Assembly: GCF_001194135.2 (NCBI RefSeq)
Contig: NC_069001.1
Span: forward strand, 597,953 to 638,450
Length of the DNA stretch: 40,498 nt
Origin: Octopus bimaculoides
Lineage: Eukaryota
Direction of reading: 5' to 3'
Part shown: one piece after another, positions 35,945 to 40,498 of the stretch
Numbering within the stretch: position 1 is the first letter of the stretch
How the letters are laid out: every line of letters begins with the position of its first letter
Program-made: the position numbers and the translations under genes
Notes under the pieces: generated by a model
The model's input: only the letters and a program-made list of their open reading frames with translations
What the model was told of the DNA's origin: nothing
Database searches by the model: none

Positions 35945-36750
35945 TCTAGATGTCTTAAGAAATGCTTTCCTTCCACAGAGTGAGGAAATAGAACCACTTA
36001 ACCTTAGAGTTTCTTGGGTCAAGACAAAAATCCAGTCTTTCGTTGCTTTCTGGGTGACTCCACTTCGTGTCTTTGTTTCAGGTGAGAATATCAGAGTTGT
36101 TGACTGCTTCATCACTTACCTCAGCAATCCATAGCAACACTAGCTGTGAGTTTGAAGTCTTAAAAAGACTTAGACATGCTAATGTAGTTGTGAACTCCTT
36201 GGACGAGGGGTTTGGCACTGCCAATATCTGAGCAAGAAGACAAAGGTTCATATCTTCAGGTCTCTGATCCTCTCCTCCCTATCTTTCTCTGTAGTTGCAA
36301 GACTTGGACACTATCTGGGACCCTTAGGAGCTGCCTGATCCCCTTTGGTGCCAGGACTCTTTGTAGGATTATGGCTTACCATTGGTGGGATTCCATATCC
36401 AACCAACGACTCTGCCCAGAAACTGTGATGTATCTTGTTACTTGTATGACTCAGCAGTGTCACCTTAGATAAGTTGCTCAGTTTCCCGAGTTGGATACTG
36501 TGTATCATGTTCTCTTCTTTGAGGATCCAGCTGGGGTGACACCTTGTGTTGGTCAGCCATGTCATATGGTCATAGTGGACGAGGAAGTATTCTGCAGAGA
36601 TGGGGACTGGAACACTGGAGGGCTGATTGGGGGCAACCCAAGAAAATACTGACAAATGATGGATGCAGCAACGCACTGCAATGGCACATGGCCCCATAAC
36701 TGACCTAACCTGCAATGGTACATGACCCCATAACTGACCTAACTTAACCA
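35945..36750 (+). mobile_element. RTE-type LINE 3' fragment
   Basis: LRVSWVKTKIQ..GENIRVVDCF.TYL..SCEFEVLKRL..KTKVHIFRSL..CKTWTL..; ends in TGACCTAAC tails with a 34-bp duplication. Confidence 0.8.
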
Positions 36751-36803
36751 CTATGTTCAGAGTTCAAAACCTGCTTAGGTCAGCTTTGCCTTTCACTTTT
36801 TGG

Positions 36804-37243
36804 CAGTGAGCTAGCAGTACTGTTAGCATGCTGGACAAAGTGTGTGACTTTACTGAGTTCAAATTCTGCCAAGGTCAACTTTGCCTTTTATCTTTTCAAG
36901 GTCGATTAAATAAATACCCGTTGAGCATTGGGGTGGGGTGGGAGGTTGATATAACTGACTTACCCTCTCCCCTGAAATTGCTGGCCTTGTGCCAAAATTT
37001 GAAATCATCATCATCATCATCATCATTATGAAAGTGGTGAACTGGCAGAATCGTTGGCACATCAGGCAAAATTCTTAGCAGTATTTTGTCTGCCACTATG
37101 TTTTGAGTTCAAAGTCTGCTAAGGTTGACTTTGCCTTTCATCTTTTTGGGGTCGATTAAATAAGTACCAGTTATACACTGAGGTCAATGAAATCGATTCA
37201 GTCCCTTCTCCCAAATTTGAGGCCTTGTGCTTCCAGTAGAAAG

Positions 37244-37250
<7 letters not shown>
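36804..37250 (+). mobile_element. Two tandem SINE copies (family A)
   Basis: Both contain GAGTTCAAA..GCC/TAAGGT(C/T)(A/G)ACTTTGCCTT; the first ends in an (ATC)n tail and the second in (ATT)n. Confidence 0.8.
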
Positions 37251-37274
<24 letters not shown>

Positions 37275-37898
37275 CATTATCCGAGTGTCATCAAAATCAA
37301 TAGATCGATGAACAAAAATGCTTTGAAATATTTTATTGCATCCCTTAATGTTCTCAGTTCAAACCCCACTGGGGCCAATTGTGTTTTTGTCNNNNNNNNN
37401 NNNNNNNNNNNNNNNNNNNNNNNNNNNNNNNNNNNNNNNNNNNNNNNNNNNNNNNNNNNNNNNNNNNNNNNNNNNNNNNNNNNNNNNNNNNNNNNNNNNN
37501 NNNNNNNNNNNNNNNNNNNNNNNNNNNNNNNNNNNNNNNNNNNNNNNNNNNNNNNNNNNNNNNNNNNNNNNNNNNNNNNNNNNNNNNNNNNNNNNNNNNN
37601 NNNNNNNNNNNNNNNNNNNNNNNNNNNNNNNNNNNNNNNNNNNNNNNNNNNNNNNNNNNNNNNNNNNNNNNNNNNNNNNNNNNNNNNNNNNNNNNNNNNN
37701 NNNNNNNNNNNNNNNNNNNNNNNNNNNNNNNNNNNNNNNNNNNNNNNNNNNNNNNNNNNNNNNNNNNNNNNNNNNNNNNNNNNNNNNNNNNNNNNNNNNN
37801 NNNNNNNNNNNNNNNNNNNNNNNNNNNNNNNNNNNNNNNNNNNNNNNNNNNNNNNNNNNNNNNNNNNNNNNNNNNNNNNNNNNNNNNNNNNNNNNNNN

Positions 37899-37951
<53 letters not shown>

Positions 37952-38334
37952 CATGTGGTGTACTTCTGGTGGTCAGCAACCACACACTCACACACATATG
38001 TATGTATGTATATTTATACTAGGGCATTCCTCTCTTTCAGATAATGATGTGAATATAGAACAAGGATTTTTCTTCATTGCTTCTCCTCCACTCCTTAGCA
38101 TTTTTCTTGTTATGCTGTCTTTTCCTGGAGTTTTATCTGCTTTCTTCAGCTGGGGGACAATTTTTCGTTTATTTACTTTTTATTCATTTATCTTTTTGCG
38201 TGTGTGTGTGTGTGTGTCGACAGAATCAAATATTATCTTGCTTCATAANNNNNNNNNNNNNNNNNNNNNNNNNNNNNNNNNNNNNNNNNNNNNNNNNNNN
38301 NNNNNNNNNNNNNNNNNNNNNNNNNNNNNNNNGT

Positions 38335-38895
38335 CATCAGACTATCAAAACATTTTGATGACCAAAGGCCGAAGGAGCAAGCAGTTTTCCGTAAGAGCTT
38401 CACTGTGGCAGATCTCATATTCACTCTAACGCAGCTTATAGAATAAGTGAAAGAATACAAGCTGCCCCCTGTGCCTTGCATTTGGCACTTGTGAGAGGAC
38501 CTTTGATAGTTTCAAGATGAACACAGAGCTGAAATTTCTGGAAATTCAATGGGAAAAGCAATGCACTAAAACTGCTCAGTAATGCAAACTCTGGGTGCAC
38601 CACCTTTTTTTTTTTTTTTTCAGATGTCCTTCTCTGGTATCACCACCCACAAGATTTCCAATTTAGAAGCAAATCTTACAAGGAGATACCACCTCTGCAT
38701 GTCTAGAAACAGTCATTAGAGACATTGACTGGAAAGGCAGCATGAACATTAACAGCTAGCTACTAACACACCTCTCTAATTAACTGATGACATTGTACTC
38801 ATTGAAACTAACATCAGTTGCAGGCCATACTGAGAAAGCTGGACACCCCTGGCTCAGCAATAGGCTTTAAAATGAACTGCACAGAAACAAAATAG
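38335..38895 (+). pseudogene. RTE-clade reverse transcriptase relic
   Basis: EQAVFRKSFTVADLIFTLTQLIE*VKEYKLPLCLAF..RTFDS; later CLETVIRDIDWKG and DDIVLIET..LQAIL..GFKMN. Confidence 0.85.
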
Positions 38896-39254
38896 ATGCA
38901 GTCAAAAGTGTGGGTGTGTCCCCATCACTGCTTGACTACTGGTGTTGGTTTGTTTACATCCCCATAACTTAGTGGTTTGACATCAGAGACTGATAGAATA
39001 ATTCAAGTCTAGTGGTGACCTGCCCTTGTACATGTGAACATTCTCCATACACAACCTGGCAGGACCTGAACTGTCCCCTGCTGCTTAAGTAGATTACTGG
39101 AACTTCGGTCATCCATGGCTAGACTTGGAATGAATTCTGGAGTGGTTTCCCATTATCTTCTCCAGGCAGGTGGGATTTGAACTCAGAATGTAGAGAGCCA
39201 GAAGATATATTGTAAAGCATTTCTGTTGATGCACCAATGATCTTGCCACTCCCC

Positions 39255-39380
39255 CACCTGCAGGGCAACGTCACATGAAGTGTCTTATTCAGGAATACAA
39301 TGTGTCGCTCAGTCCAGGAATCGAACCCATGATCTAGCAATCAGGAGTGCAACACCCTAACCACTAGGTCACACATCTTC
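39255..39380 (-). mobile_element. tRNA-derived SINE head nested in a family B repeat
   Basis: Minus strand GACCTAGTGGTTAGGGTGTTG (A box) ... GGGTTCGATTCCTGG (B box). Confidence 0.7.
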
Positions 39381-40069
39381 ATGATAAAATAAGTACTAAG
39401 CTTAAAAATAATAATTACTGGGGTCAGTTTGTTTGATTTAAACCCTTTGAGCGAGTGCTCCAGCAAGGCCATAGCCCAATGGCTGAAACAAGCGTAAGAT
39501 AATATATATATACATAAGTATGAAGCTGACTTTGTTGATAAACATACTGATGGTTGGTCCTCCTACAAGTAAAATTCCTCTCATAAAATGGTCCCAAGAA
39601 TCAGCTGTTAATGTGACATCTTTGTCAACTTATAAATATGCTCCTTCACACAATTTCCTGCAGATGCACTCCAATTCTCAAATGCCTTTGTGAGTATTTC
39701 TTTAAGCAGATTCTTTAACATTTCTCTTGTGCAGTTTTGTAAATGGTTTCAGAATATTTTGGCAAATACCAACTTTAAAAAAAGTTTGCTCATCCTAAAC
39801 ATCATCCTTATTCTTTCTTATCATCCTCTTCATCATTACAATCATCACCACTAACATCATCATCATCCTTGTGATGTCCACTTTTCCATGCTTGGAAACT
39901 CTGCCTCAATGAATTCCTGATGGCATTCATTGAGGCAGAGTTTTCTATGGTCGGATGCCCTTCCTGTCACCAACTCTCACCTGTCTCCAACTAAAGTAAT
40001 ATATATATATATGCACATATATATGTATACATGTATATAAACATATATATATATATGGATATGTATGTG

Positions 40070-40104
<35 letters not shown>

Positions 40105-40130
40105 TTTCACACACATATATATGTATGTAT

Positions 40131-40498
40131 ATGTTGGATGATGGTACGCTTGCATTAAATGAGGATGCAAAGAAAGAGGTCTGGAGATGCCACTACGATA
40201 GATTGCTTAATAAAGAGAATGAATGGGAGAAAGAGAGCCTGCCTTATGTCGACCCAATAGAGGGACCAGCTATCCGAGTTGATAGTACCAGGGTAGATAA
40301 AGCAATTAAGAGTATGAAGACCGGGAAAGCCCCCGGCCCATCAGGAATCACTGCAGAGATGCTCAAAATATCTGGCAGTGTTGGCTATAGCCTAGTCACC
40401 CGTATTACGAACCAGGTGATACACGAAGGAGTCATACCCTATGACTGGTGTAGCAGCATCATAGTCAACTGCTACAAAGGTAAAGGGGACGCTTTAGA
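40131..40498 (+). mobile_element. RTE-type LINE ORF, uninterrupted, runs off the window end
   Basis: 122 open codons: [24 protein letters not shown]...KAIKSMKTGKAPGPSGITAEMLK...IPYDWCSSIIVNCYKGKGDAL (pre-RT region, KAPGPxGI and IxxxKGKGD motifs). Confidence 0.9.

Noticed and set aside
35867-36134. Minus-strand ORF and an apparent acceptor/donor at 36080
   Set aside because: These are the antisense frame and internal sequence of the plus-strand RTE fragment.
1-40498. CRISPR arrays, rRNA or functional tRNA genes
   Set aside because: None seen; the tRNA-like A/B boxes are SINE heads without full cloverleafs.

Overview
AT-rich, microsatellite-dense eukaryotic DNA with N gaps. The repeat families resemble those I recall from Octopus assemblies (inference). 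No complete gene is present. Five candidate plus-strand exons are supported by splice signals: two possible terminal exons (2073, 3688) and three ATG-bearing exons that all end in phase 1 (26037/26137, 32881 encoding a signal peptide, 34470). The rest is a transposon landscape: many tRNA-like SINE copies, three RTE-type LINE pieces (one still open at the window end), an R4/Dong-like RLE LINE relic, maT (DD37D-type) and mariner (DD34D-type) relics, a probable piggyBac relic, and a complete non-autonomous Buster/Charlie hAT with TIRs and a perfect 8-bp TSD. The most notable signal is a set of type I hammerhead-ribozyme-like motifs (522, 8553, 20563/20953, 34103/34302, degenerate 22979). Two loci are divergent inverted pairs, and Penelope-like GIY-YIG fragments nearby are also arranged divergently, suggesting Penelope-derived, ribozyme-carrying palindromic elements. 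Ribozyme activity, exon usage and all family assignments are untested.
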